Source of the DNA: Octopus sinensis
Taxonomy: Eukaryota
Reading direction: 5' to 3'
Assembly (NCBI RefSeq): GCF_006345805.1
Contig: NW_021833229.1
Span: 1-64,000 of the forward strand
Length of the DNA stretch: 64,000 nt
The notes beneath the pieces were generated by a model. It ran no database searches. It was given only the letters and a program-made list of their open reading frames with translations, and was not told the DNA's origin. The translations under genes and the position numbers were made by a program. This document shows positions 40,360-52,290 of the stretch, one piece after another (position 1 is the stretch's first letter; every line of letters starts with the position of its first letter).

Positions 40360-40949
40360 GAAGGAATAATAATGATGTTCCCTGAAAAGGAATACGGTAA
40401 AGAGAGAGAGTGAATGGAATATACAATAGAAAGAACGAGATAGAGAGGCGGATAAATGAATCTGTCAGTAACGACGCGGTTGTTGTCATGCCGACGATAG
40501 TCAACGTCAGAGGTAAAAAGTTGGCCGTTTTCTGCTCCGATACATTTGATATATAATGAGGAAAAAAAAAAAATTTAACAACTACAACAACTACAAAAAA
40601 AACAAAACAACTATAGATTCAACAACAGCAGCAGCAGCCGCAGGAACAGCAGCGGCATCATCAACAACGACTACAGCAAAATTATTGGAATCTCAAAAGA
40701 ATAGGGGAAATGTTTCAAGGTTTTCAATTCCAAAAGAAAAAAAACCCAAAAAAACTGCTGCAATAGCACGTGTACAAATTAGATCTTTTCGAGTACCGCT
40801 ACCATCGCTGCCATCACCACTACGTCACTCACTATAACGAGAAGAACAGGGGAAATTTTACCAGAAACACAACAAAAGTCAACTCTTTTACAGGAGCTGC
40901 TCAAAAGAAAATGGAATAAATAGGTATGGAGGAATAATTTCAAATGAAA

Positions 40950-41140
40950 ACAGACAATACGATTGGTTAAAATTCGCAGATTTAAACTACGTTTAAACTT
41001 ATAAAATACATTTTTGTCAAAAAAAAAACTAGTTGAAATTATTGTTTTCTTTTGACACATTCTACCAGTATACGAAGTTTCAAATTATTTAGTTAACTAG
41101 AAAAATCTGAAAAATCTAGCTTTCAAAATGAAAAGATCCG
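40950..41140. mobile_element. Related TIR copy of the 39105 element
   Basis: ttttcttttgacacattctaccagtatacgaagtttcaaatt..gaaaagatcc. Confidence 0.7.
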
Positions 41141-41442
41141 ATTAATGGCTGTCTATGAGTTGACAGGGACACAACCGCTCGATATTTTCAGCGATTGAGA
41201 AGCTTTCTAGGGGAGGTTCCGATCTCTAGTACTCCAAGGAGCCTACTCCTCATTATAACAGTACGTTTAGAAGGAGGTTTCAGTGATAGTAGTAGCTAAT
41301 TAGAAATTATTCCAGCAAGACTAAACAACCCTAGGAATGGAACAGTTAAGTTTCAATCTATCTGATAATTTAAACGTACTTGTGGTGTTGATTGGAAAGG
41401 AGATGAATTATTTGATTTGGCAGCGTGCTGCTCCCAAATAAA

Positions 41443-41922
41443 CGTTGCCCTTTTCAAGCCCAGCCAGGCTCATGGGCCCGGTTTCCCGGTTTCTCTGGCG
41501 CATATGTCCACCCCCACCCCCAGCTGGATGGAACGCCAGTCCATCGCAGCGTTACTCAAGAAACAAGAAGAGAGAGTGAGAGAAAGTTGTGGCGAAAGAG
41601 TACAACAGGAGTCGCCCCCGCCCCCCTGTCGGAGCCTCGTGGAGCTTTTAGGTGTTTTCACTCAATAAACACAAACAACGCCCGGTCTGGGAATCGAAAC
41701 CGCGATCCTCCGACCGCGAGTCCGCTGCCCTAACCACTGGGCGCAATAGAAAGTTGTAGCGAAAGAGTACAACAGGACGCCCCCGCCCCCCCTGTCGGAG
41801 CCTCGTGGAGCTTTTAGGTGTTTTCACTCAATAAACACAAACAACGCCCGGTCTGGGAATCGAAACCGCGATCCTCCGACCGCGAGTCCGCTGCCCTAAC
41901 CACTGGGCCATTGCGCCCACAC
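41443..41922 (-). mobile_element. Young tRNA-derived SINE (V-domain-like) with duplicated head
   Basis: - strand tggcccagtggttagggc (A box) and ggtttcgattccc (B box) present twice; 13-bp TSD gctcccaaataaa (41430-41442 / 41923-41935). Confidence 0.85.
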
Positions 41923-42396
41923 GCTCCCAAATAAAACCAATCACAATATTTTGATTTTATCGACATATTTATTTGCAGATTGATGTTACAATTACTACTC
42001 TACAAAAAGTTGTTATGCTGAATACCAGTTGCTAGTGTGTGAGAATATATGCTTGGCGAGCAGCAGAGAAAATCTTATGCCTTTGTGGTGCATAGCGAGG
42101 GATGATCTTTTAGCAGCATTGCTAAAGAAAACCTTTACGAATCCTCTGGCTTGTATTTCCCGTGCATCGCGATTTATAACCATGATTTACTGCGAAACTG
42201 CATGGAACTTTCCATTAACTTTGATGCCGCATAAATGCGTTAGAACAACGATTAGATGAAATGCGAGTCAAAATCACCCGATAAGGATAACCACCACCAA
42301 TATGGAAACTGGTGTGATATAGCCTTTTCCTGTTACTAAATTGACTGGGTTTTGAATGCTGAGTAGTGCTAAATATGTTCTTATCCTTATAAAAAA

Positions 42397-42910
42397 CTAG
42401 CAGTATCGCCCGGCGTTGCTCGGGTTTGTAAGGGAAATAACTATATAAGCATTTTTAGAGAGTTACTTCCCTTATAGATGCCAATTCGGGCTTTCTTAGC
42501 CATTTCTGTTTTGGTGTCTTCAAACCATGAAGTCGTTGTTCTAAAAGAACGCTGGTCTCCTTGACAACGCATTACGACGTTGATTTCCTTACACTCCCTT
42601 CCCCACAGCTTCACGAGGGAGGGAAGAAGGGGGAAAAGCAACACAGGTGCAGGTGTGACCATGGACGCCAACTCCGCCGCCATCGACACACGAAAAATTA
42701 TGCATTAAAATGGAATAAAAAATTATGTTAAATTATTTTTAAAATCGTAGACTCATCGTAGACGCGCGCTAATAGCCAGACGGGCTCGATATGAATTACG
42801 ACTATAAGATACCCGAATTTGGTTAAACTGCACCGCAAAATGTGTGAGTAGTTAGGAATCTAAATCGAAGGGGACAGACACTCACACAACTACAGTTTTA
42901 TATAGATAGA
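42397..42910 (-). mobile_element. Non-autonomous Helitron
   Basis: - strand starts A|TC, ends with hairpin cccgagcaacgccggg then CTAG|T; no TSD. Confidence 0.85.
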
Positions 42911-42944
42911 TTTCCCACAATACATATTTTTTTATCGTTATTTT

Positions 42945-43225
42945 TATCTTTTACTTTGATCTGTCATTGGACTGCGACCATGCTGGGGGACACCGCATTA
43001 AAGGTTTTAGTCGAAAAAATTAACTCTAGTACTTTTAAGTGTGGGATTTAGTCTATCGGTCTTTTTTTTTTTACCGAACTGCTACGTTACAGGAATGTAG
43101 ACAAGCTAATACACCAGCTGTCATTAACATAAAGACACGCAGCGCGCATGCACACGCACATATATACGACAGGCTTTCCGTCTACCAAATCCTCTCACAG
43201 GGCATTGGTCGGTCCGGGGCTGTAT
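42945..43225 (-). mobile_element. SINE family B, diverged and truncated
   Basis: gtcattggactgcgaccatgctgg..ccgtctaccaaatcc..ggcattggtcgg. Confidence 0.7.
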
Positions 43226-43354
43226 AAGGAGACGCCCAAATTTATGCGATTAACTGTTGCGCGTCGAGTACATCCAATCATGTGTGTGTGTGTGCGCGCG
43301 CGTGTGCATGTATGTATGTGTGTATGTATGTATGTATGTATGTATGTATGCATG

Positions 43355-43404
<50 letters not shown>

Positions 43405-43505
43405 ATAAAAAAAAAAGAAGAAGAAAAAACACAAGAAAAAGCAACAACGCAAGGACGTGGTACATGCAAAGTATTAACAGACGCTCAAGGAAGGAAAGAA
43501 ATGTA

Positions 43506-43540
43506 GTTTTACGTTTCGAGCAAAGCTCTTCTTCAGAAAA
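43506..43540 (-). ncRNA. Minimal hammerhead motif in a microsatellite-adjacent element (~43420-43620; decayed relative at ~14040-14230)
   Basis: - strand ttt-CTGAAGA-agagc-ttt-gctc-GAAA-cg-TA-aaa. Confidence 0.6.
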
Positions 43541-43750
43541 AGGAGACAGAGTAAAGTCCAAGAGAAAAGGAAGATGGTGGAAGAAAATCGCCAACGATCC
43601 CCAAGTAGTACCATTTTGAATATATAGTGTCTCATCTCCACTGTGTTAATCTGTAACAACCATATCCAGTGAGTGTTGATGCCACTACGTTATGCGATTT
43701 ACCTTAGGTGTCGAAACCGCGAAAATCCCTGGAGAGAGGTCCTTTCTTTG

Positions 43751-43786
<36 letters not shown>

Positions 43787-44104
43787 ACACACACACACAC
43801 ATACACACACACACACACACATACACACACACACACACACACACATACACACACACATGCTTGTGCGCACACAAGCATACACATACATACGCACAAACGT
43901 ATACACACGCTCAAACACGATTAAGCACATTAAGCACACGCATTAATTAATGTAAGCTGTATGTAACGATAGTAATGTAAAATTGACAACTGCTTGTGAT
44001 CGTTAGTTGAACTCCTCCAATGTGAGAGTTGGAAGACAGACACCCAGTCAAACAGTGAGAGACTATCAGAAAGAAAGAAAGACTGTGAAAGGGGCAGAGA
44101 GAGA

Positions 44105-44137
<33 letters not shown>

Positions 44138-44765
44138 AGAGAAAGACAGAGGGAAAGAGAAAGAGAGAGAAGTAGGCACAGATAGGTGAGCCAACGGAAA
44201 GAGTCTCAACATGGCCAATCGACTTGATAGACTTGATAGCAGCCATTTTGTTTTTCAGATTACACTTCACTGTCTTAAAAATAGAAAGGGGGCATTACAA
44301 AATGTAATCACGTAAGCATAAATACAGGATGACACGGCCGGGTGCCTTTGACCATTTCTTTGCTCATTTAGAAGCGACCTGGACCAAAACGATATCAACA
44401 ACAACACTATACTTGTTTGGTCATAGTACCATGTTCTTCGCAGCATTTAAGGGAATCTACTTTGTCCCAAGCATTCGAGTCAAGCCTTATATTTCACTCT
44501 TTCAAAGGCTCCATAGAGGGTCATGGGTAATTAATGCGAGGACATCTAGCTACAAGGACTAACAAAATTCCGCATCACAGTCAAAATACATCTGGCTGTA
44601 GGACGGATTGCATGCGGCTAGCGTATTGGAGAAGGTGATGCAAAAGCATCAAAAGTCTTCTCGGACATTTTCATCGAACATTTTCAGTCAGAAACAGGAT
44701 TAGGAAGCTATCATTTTGTGCATGACTGCAATCGCAAGACGACAAAACAATAATGTCGACATTGC

Positions 44766-44819
<54 letters not shown>

Positions 44820-44921
44820 GGAGTAAACACATAAATGTGAAACAAGGTGAAAAAAAGAGTACTCAAATTCTAGTGGTAGAGTAATATGCTTTATTTAAAG
44901 CAGCAGAAAATTCAACAAAAC

Positions 44922-44959
44922 CTGTTACTCTGAGTTTCCCGTTGCCGTTCATCGGACAG
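44922..44959 (-). ncRNA. Hammerhead motif, CCGATGA core variant
   Basis: - strand ctgt-CCGATGA-acggcaacgg-GAAA-ctcagag-TA-acag; stems I and III pair, stem II weak. Confidence 0.5.
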
Positions 44960-44964
44960 TTTTT

Positions 44965-45126
44965 GCAGGAGTGGCTGTGTGGTAAGTAGCTTGCTAACCA
45001 ACCACATGGTTCCGAGTTCAATCCCACTGCGTGGCATCTTGGGCAAGTGTCTTCTGCTATAGCCCCGGGCCGACCAATGCCTTGTGAGTGGATCTGGTAG
45101 ACGGAAACTGAAAGAAGCCCGTCGTA

Positions 45127-45164
<38 letters not shown>

Positions 45165-45168
45165 TATA

Positions 45169-45215
<47 letters not shown>

Positions 45216-45443
45216 ATGTGTGTGTTTGTGTGTCTGTGTTTGTCCCCCTAGCATTGCTTGACAAACGATGCTGGTGTGTTTACGTCCCCGTCACTTAGCG
45301 GTTCGGCAAAAGAGACCGATAGAATAAGTACTTGGCTTACAAAGAATAAGTCCCGGGGTCGATTTGCTCGACTAAAGGCGGTGCTCCAGCATGGCCGCAG
45401 TCAAATGACTGAAGCAAATAAAAGAGTAAAAGAGTAAAAGAGT
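44965..45443 (+). mobile_element. SINE family B, well-preserved copy
   Basis: tggctgtgtggtaag (A box), gagttcaatccc (B box), internal (TA)n, (aaaagagt)n tail. Confidence 0.9.
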
Positions 45444-45444
45444 A

Positions 45445-45541
<97 letters not shown>

Positions 45542-45848
45542 ATATATGTTGTGTGTGTGTGTGTGTGGTGTGTGTGTGTGTTTCTAGCACATATTTCGCC
45601 TTTTAATGTACTGATATATGAATAATATATGGCCTGAGCTAGTTTCACCAGCGATAATAATTAATTTTATTTTATCGCAATTTGACTTGTTTACATATTT
45701 CTCGATAAATTTTGAGCGTTAGACAATATACCAGAAATCCCTAGTTTTGTCGGGACGTTCTGAGTCTGCGCAGTGATCTGATTAGTTAGAGAGAGCAAAT
45801 CATTAGAAGCACATGCTTCTAGTGAGTTAGGATCTCAGAACAACAGGG

Positions 45849-45921
45849 CTCTTACCGATGAATTCTCCCTGAGCAAATAAATTATCTTATTGCTGAAAAG
45901 AACGAAACTGCAGTCTAAGAG
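45849..45921 (+). ncRNA. Type I hammerhead ribozyme motif, copy 1
   Basis: ctctta-CCGATGA-attct..agcaa..ttgct..agaac-GAAA-ctgcag-TC-taagag; 6-bp stem I, palindromic stem III, GUC site. Confidence 0.7.
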
Positions 45922-46245
45922 GAACCGAGTTAGTAAATGTTCTTATTTTCATTTCACTAAATTTATCTAGCTTCTGTGTTTCTAGCACATTTTCGCCTTT
46001 TAATGTACTGATATATGAATAATATATGGCCTGTGCTAGTTTCACCAGCGATAATAATTAATTTTATTTTATCGCAATTTGACTTGTTTACATATTTCTC
46101 GATAAATTTTGAGCGTTAGACAATATACCAGAAATCCCTAGTTTTGTCGGGACGTTCTGAGTCTGCGCAGTGATCTGATTAGTTAGAGAGAGCAAATCAT
46201 TAGAAGCACATGCTTCTAGTGAGTTAGGATCTCAGAACAACAGGG

Positions 46246-46319
46246 CTCTTACCGATGAATTCTCCCTGAGCAAATAAATTATCTTTATTGCTGAAAAGAA
46301 CGAAACTGCAGTCTAAGAG
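46246..46319 (+). ncRNA. Type I hammerhead ribozyme motif, copy 2
   Basis: Same as copy 1 apart from a 1-nt loop indel; predicted cleavage after 46313. Confidence 0.7.
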
Positions 46320-46494
46320 GAACCGAGTTAGTAAATGTTCTTATTTTCATTTCACTAAATTTATCTAGCTTCTGTGTTTCTAGCACATATTTCGCCTTTT
46401 AATGTACTGATATATGAATAATATTTGGCCTGAGCTAGTTTCACCAGCGATAATAATTAATTTTATTTTATCGCAATTTGACTTGTTTATATAT

Positions 46495-46577
<83 letters not shown>

Positions 46578-47469
46578 TATACAATATTTATATACATATA
46601 TACATATATCTATGTACATCATCCTTCATCATTTCCATATCATTCGTCAACCTTACTGTGATTCACATCCCACACTTATTGTTTCGTTCAATCCTTCTGC
46701 TTCAAAACTTAAACCTCCTGGAACCCTCCTTACATTTTTTTTTCTGAAGACATCGATTTATAGATTGTTCAGGTTGATCACAAATAGCATCAATCACAAC
46801 AACCTCAGAAGGTCTATCAAGGTCATTGGACATTGCGCATTGTTTCTCAGCAATTTCAGCGGACTCTGAAGCCCAGTAAAGAGGATACAGTTTCTACCTC
46901 ATGATTAAAGAATAATCATATTATTATTCTTTGTCCGTTTGTTACACTTACATCAAGGGAGCTAATGACTCCAATGAAGAAATATATATTGAGAGAAAGA
47001 GCGAGAAAGAGAAGGGAAAACAAAGAGAAAGAGAGAAAGAGAAAGAGAGAGAGGGAGGGGGGGAGAGGTCTATATTATGCACTTCCGTGTTCAAATCGCA
47101 AGGTTAGTCGAAATATTTAACATAATGAATCAATCTCATGGAGATCTATAAATTTATGCATTAAAAGATATATCGATAGATAGTTAAATTAAAGTGGAAT
47201 AAATTTATCAAATAGTTGTGGATGTTACTAAAGGTTGTGCCATGCTGGAATACTGCCATTATTTATTTTTCAATTTTTGTATTAGTTTTAAATGCTTGTC
47301 GATATTATGTGAATAGAGAGATATATACGTCGGCGGAAGGATAGATAGGTAGACAAACATACAGATAGAAAGACAGACAGACATACGGACGGACGGACGG
47401 ACGGACGGACATACATACATACATACATACATACATACATACATACATAATACGTACACATACATATAT

Positions 47470-47529
<60 letters not shown>

Positions 47530-47530
<1 letters not shown>

Positions 47531-48222
47531 CAATGATAATAAAGGGTAAAATTAATTAATCAATTAATAATTAATAATTAGTTCGGTATGTTAAAAGAAC
47601 CGTTATCGGCAAACTTATACAAAAATTCTATAATTATGAGCATAATTATAATTAGGGTTCAACAACATTTGCTTCACCACATATCGAAATTTAGAAATAA
47701 TACTCAACAACTCACGCAGGTAAAGAGAAAAAATAACGAATCCACCCGGCTTTGATTAACTGTATACGCGTTTCGGGGATAAAGAGATGTAAAATGATGT
47801 AAAGCAAATTTTGCTGCACCCTAATTATGATTATGTTAATAATTATAGAATTTTTAATGGAGATTGAAACTTTTTAAAGCAAATTTTATCAGTGGCCAGC
47901 ATATAAAAGGGAAGCGATTAAGGTGAAATTATATGTATAATTACAGGGGCTTAGAAAAGAAATTTTCTAGCATATATACAGAAAAATGGACGCTAAATCG
48001 GTTCACCACTCAAAGACATATGTGCTGAATTCGACGCAACAAGCCAACGGAAATTATTAATAAAATAGATATTCTTGTATTAGCTCATTCCTGGATCTGC
48101 CCAAAGGCTCTTCCGTCACTAGCAGGAATTCAGCACATGTGTTTTTGAGTGGTGAGTCGATATAGCGTCTGTTTCTCAGCATATAGGCAAGAAAATTTCT
48201 TTTCTAAGTCCTTATTATAATT
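47530..48222. repeat. (TA)n-flanked element with two internal inverted repeats
   Basis: 47621-47657 vs 47819-47855 and ~47935-48032 vs ~48126-48222 are diverged reverse complements. Confidence 0.65.
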
Positions 48223-48232
48223 ATATATATTG

Positions 48233-48307
<75 letters not shown>

Positions 48308-48322
48308 GTGTGTGTATGTATG

Positions 48323-48353
<31 letters not shown>

Positions 48354-48379
48354 TATAGAGAGAGAGAGAGGGAGATAGT

Positions 48380-48445
<66 letters not shown>

Positions 48446-48588
48446 CTTAGGTCAGTCTGTAGATAGACCTATAGATATGCAGATAAAGAGATATATTAAC
48501 AGGTATCCAAATAAATAGGTATCTAAACTGAAAGAAACGAAAATAAATTTAAATAATTTCAATTGTTAAATAACTTAAATAAGAACTG

Positions 48589-49076
48589 ACATTATTTACA
48601 TTTGACGGATATTTGTCCTCATCTTTTTTGTTAACACAACGTTTCGGCTGATATACCCTCCAGCTTTCTTCAGGTGTCTTGGGAAATTTCGAACCTGGGT
48701 TCTCATTCCTAAGGTATTTTTCGATGTTATTATCATTATTATCATTATTATCATCATCATCATCATCATCATCATTATTATTATTATTGTTCAGGTCACT
48801 GCTTGGAATAATACCTCTCTTTACACTGTATGGATAGTGGGAATTGAAGTTGAGGTATCGTCCAGTAAAGGTCGGCTTACGGTATACGGATGTCCTGAAT
48901 CCATACTTGGTGCGTGTTATTAATACGTCCAGAAATGCCAGATGATTGTCTTTTTCCTGAAGAAAGCTGGAGAGTATATCAGCCGAAACGTTGTGTTAAC
49001 AACAAAAGATGAGGACAAATATCCGTCAAATGTAAATAATGTACGTAATTCCTCATCTCTTAAATGTAGAACTGTA
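48589..49076 (-). mobile_element. Penelope-like retroelement remnant with inverted pseudo-LTRs and hammerheads
   Basis: IR 48589-48674 / 48956-49042; between them the - strand reads EKDNHLAFLDVLITRTKYGFRTSVYRKPTFTGRYLNFNSHYP (PLE RT C-terminal region). Confidence 0.85.
48633..48678 (-). ncRNA. Penelope-type minimal hammerhead; inverted partial copy at 48957-48997 (+)
   Basis: gacac-CTGAAGA-aagctggagggtatatcagcc-GAAA-cg-TT-gtgtt. Confidence 0.7.
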
Positions 49077-49469
49077 TCATCTTGGACTGAACCTTCGTGG
49101 TTGTTGGTTAGCGAAAAGTGTCGTGTTTACACACACACACACACACACACACACAAATACGTTTTATATTTTTAATTCATCTTTTATTTCCTTAAACTGC
49201 AAAGCACATCATATCTGTCAAACATATTATTAGAAGGTAAATAATCAATATATTCTTAGTTCATTTCAATTATATTTGAAAGTACAGTTTTGATTAAGTG
49301 GCAAGATTTCAAAAGAAATAGATAACTCAGGAAAAGATAATAATAATAATGATAATGATAATAATAACAACAACAACAACAACAACAATAATAATAATTA
49401 TTATTATTATTACTATTGTTGTTGTTGTTGTTGTTGTTGTTGTTATTATTATTATTATTATTATTATTA

Positions 49470-49829
49470 AAAACAGAAACAATTCCTATCATAATAGGTG
49501 CATTAGGTATGATAAAAATTATTCAGAGAAATACATAACAAAAACCAGGACTAACAAGTATATATAACACAGAAAATAGCCCTACTAGGCACCGCACACA
49601 TCCTACATAAAACACTTTCAATACAGTAACCACATGAGCATCACAACAAACCACAGCACATACCCAAGGCACACAGAGCTGCGCTCGGTAGTGCAGTGAA
49701 AGCACGTGATAAAAATAAACTACTGAATGATGATGATAATGATGATGATGATAATGATGATGATGATGATGATGATGGTGATGGTGATGGTTATGGTGAT
49801 GGTGATAGTGATGATGGTGGTGATGATGG

Positions 49830-49863
<34 letters not shown>

Positions 49864-50525
49864 CATGAAGAGAAGAAATATACTGTATAAACATAAAATT
49901 ACTGAACAAGCTATACCTGACATAAAAGAACAGCTAAAGCGAGATATCCCCGCCAAAGCATAAAGAATCCACCGGTATGAAAAACACCAACGTTTCTTTG
50001 AACAAAACAAACAGTTCAATTCCTACCTCAAAAGGTTCTACCAAGAACTTAGCAAAAATAAAATACAGATCAATGCAGCACCAACAGCAGAAGCGGAATA
50101 ATTTTGGAAAGGATTATGGTTAGTGATGGAACAACCTCAGAGAATATCTAACAAAACAATGAACAGAGCACCTGAACAACTCTGGACCCCTATAACAACT
50201 GAAGAGGTCACCAAGGCACTGAAAAAACTAAGCAATTGGAAGGCATCCAGGCGCGACAAGATCCCCAACTTCTGGTTAAAATACCTAACAGGAAAACATA
50301 AAACGCTGGCTGAGAAACTTAATGAAATACTAGCAGAGCCAGAGATAATGCCTGAATGACTCACGGAATGACATACAGAAAATAGCACTACTAGGTATCG
50401 TACACATCCTACGTAAAACACTTTCACTGCAGTGAAAATAAGAGCACCACAACAAACTACAGTGCATATCCAAGGCACACAGAGCTGCGATCGGAGTGCA
50501 GTGAAAGCACGTGATAAAAATAAGA
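49470..50525 (+). mobile_element. Two R4/Dong-like fragments sharing a 3' UTR
   Basis: TIPIIIGALGMIK..KIALLGTAHIL and PITTEEVTKALKKLSNWKA..DKIPNFWLK; repeated UTR caaggcacacagagctgcg..gtgaaagcacgtgataaaaata. Confidence 0.8.
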
Positions 50526-50589
50526 CTTTAGCTGCATCTCTGACTGATGAAGTGCACCAAAATTTAGCTACATCTCTGACTGATGTCAT

Positions 50590-51146
50590 CTATACGAAGC
50601 ACGTGAAACAAGATCTTCATTTGCGTAAAACGATGTTGAGCGTATGGTAGGACTGGGAAGGGATTATCCAGTACAAATTGCTTGAACGGAACCAAACGAT
50701 CAACGCGGAAGTCAATATTCAACAGATGGAACGACTCAACACGGCTATTCAAGAGAAAAAGACCTAATCGTAAGCATGAAGTTCTTCTGCTGCACGACAA
50801 CGCCCACCTTCATATCGCCAATATGACCAAGGAAGCCATTCAAATGCATGGCTGGGAAGTGCTGCCACAGCCGCCGTACTCTCCTGATTTGGCACCAACG
50901 GATTTCCTCCTCTTTCAATCTCTTTCAAATGCTATGCGCGGAGTTTCGTTCAATACTGATGCAGAATCAATTTTTCGAGTCGAAATCGGATAATTTCTAC
51001 CAACGCGGTATTAAAAATCTTGTTTAACGTTGGGAAGAAGTTGTAAACAACAAGGGTGAATACATTATTGATTGATCAGTTGTTCTTTTTTATTTAACCT
51101 TTTGAAAAGTTTTTAAAACGGCGGGAACTTACTTGCCAACCTAATA
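50590..51146 (+). mobile_element. mariner transposase 3' fragment with right TIR
   Basis: KTMLSVW*DWEG, LLLHDNA, WEVLPQPPYSPDLAPTDF motifs; terminus aacttacttgccaacctaata. Confidence 0.9.
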
Positions 51147-51464
51147 ATTCCCAAAACATTTTAATCTATGAACATTGTCAAATGTACTTTAAATGTACAT
51201 AACAGCAAACACTTTTTACTGTCGTTTTAAGATCATACTATTATCTAACATCAAATTAATCTTTTTTTAAACTTCTAAATTTCTTATGTTTTTACTGACA
51301 CTCTCTCCGACAATACTCTGTGCAAAATCAAAAATATGGTATCAAAGTCGTAACACCGACTTAAACTTCTAATTTGTTATCTCTTGAGGTATCTGGATGA
51401 GATTTGGAGTGAAATTGTACAAATACAAAGCAAAAGCCAAACATAATACAACAACAACAACAAC

Positions 51465-52210
51465 AATCATTTCTTTATTAACCTCAAGGGGTTACATTAA
51501 GAAAATATTAGGGACAGCACAGGACAAAACAAAAAATGTGAGTGTGTGTGTAAGTATGTGTTGTGAGGATTTTGCGTGTAAACAAGACCAATCTTTTTTT
51601 AAAATGAACAATGTGTGATCCCCGATAGGGAGGCGACGTTCGAAGGGCTGCTCATGGAAAACCCCATAAAATACAATGGGTACCCTGACTTTTGGGACAG
51701 GTACATTTTTCTCTCCTTTTTTCCAACTACAGGCGTATGCTCAGGGCAGGCCTGTTCACTCACACCATTCTTGCAACTTTCATCCACCTTTCAGCAAACT
51801 GGCTTGAAGACAACACTTTTCTCTCTACCCTTATTTTCCTTTTCAGGTGAAACTTGAAGTAGTTGATCAGGGATTGGCCGAAGAGAAAAGTGTTTGTCTT
51901 CAGCCCCTTCAATCTCGTCCACCATACAACCTATTTCGCCATGGCCACCAGGCATACAAAAACAGCTTTTCCTTCCCGATTTCAACTGTTGGCACTTCCA
52001 TGCCTGAAGAGCTTGTCTCGAACAGGCAATGTCTGCCTGTAGCGCTGTCATGCCAAAGACTTTGGGAAATTCTCCATGCTCTTCGACCCGAAAGTCCTCC
52101 GGAAGAGAGCACTCAAACTTTTCTCGTCCCTTGGCCATCGTCGCTCATTTCCTCAATGAGCCTCCTATAGAAATCTTGAGTTGTTTTCCCGCTAACGGTT
52201 TTGTCCAGCG
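51465..52210 (-). mobile_element. Tx1/L1-like LINE remnant (ORF1 piece fused to 3' end)
   Basis: ORF1-like GRKSCFC..GH knuckle remnant; 3' end resembling ccccttg..aataaagaaat. Confidence 0.45.
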
Positions 52211-52225
52211 GGTACAATAATAATG

Positions 52226-52289
<64 letters not shown>

Positions 52290-52290
<1 letters not shown>

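Larger units (their letters stand above)
45577..46488 (+). repeat. 398-bp head-to-tail repeat (~2.3 copies) with one hammerhead per full unit (retrozyme-like)
   Basis: Units start tgtgtttctagcac at 45577, 45975, 46373; only a few differences between units; bounded by (TG)n and (TA)n. Confidence 0.9.

Noticed and set aside
41670-41915. tRNA genes
   Set aside because: A/B boxes belong to SINE heads with body, tail and TSD; no complete cloverleaf
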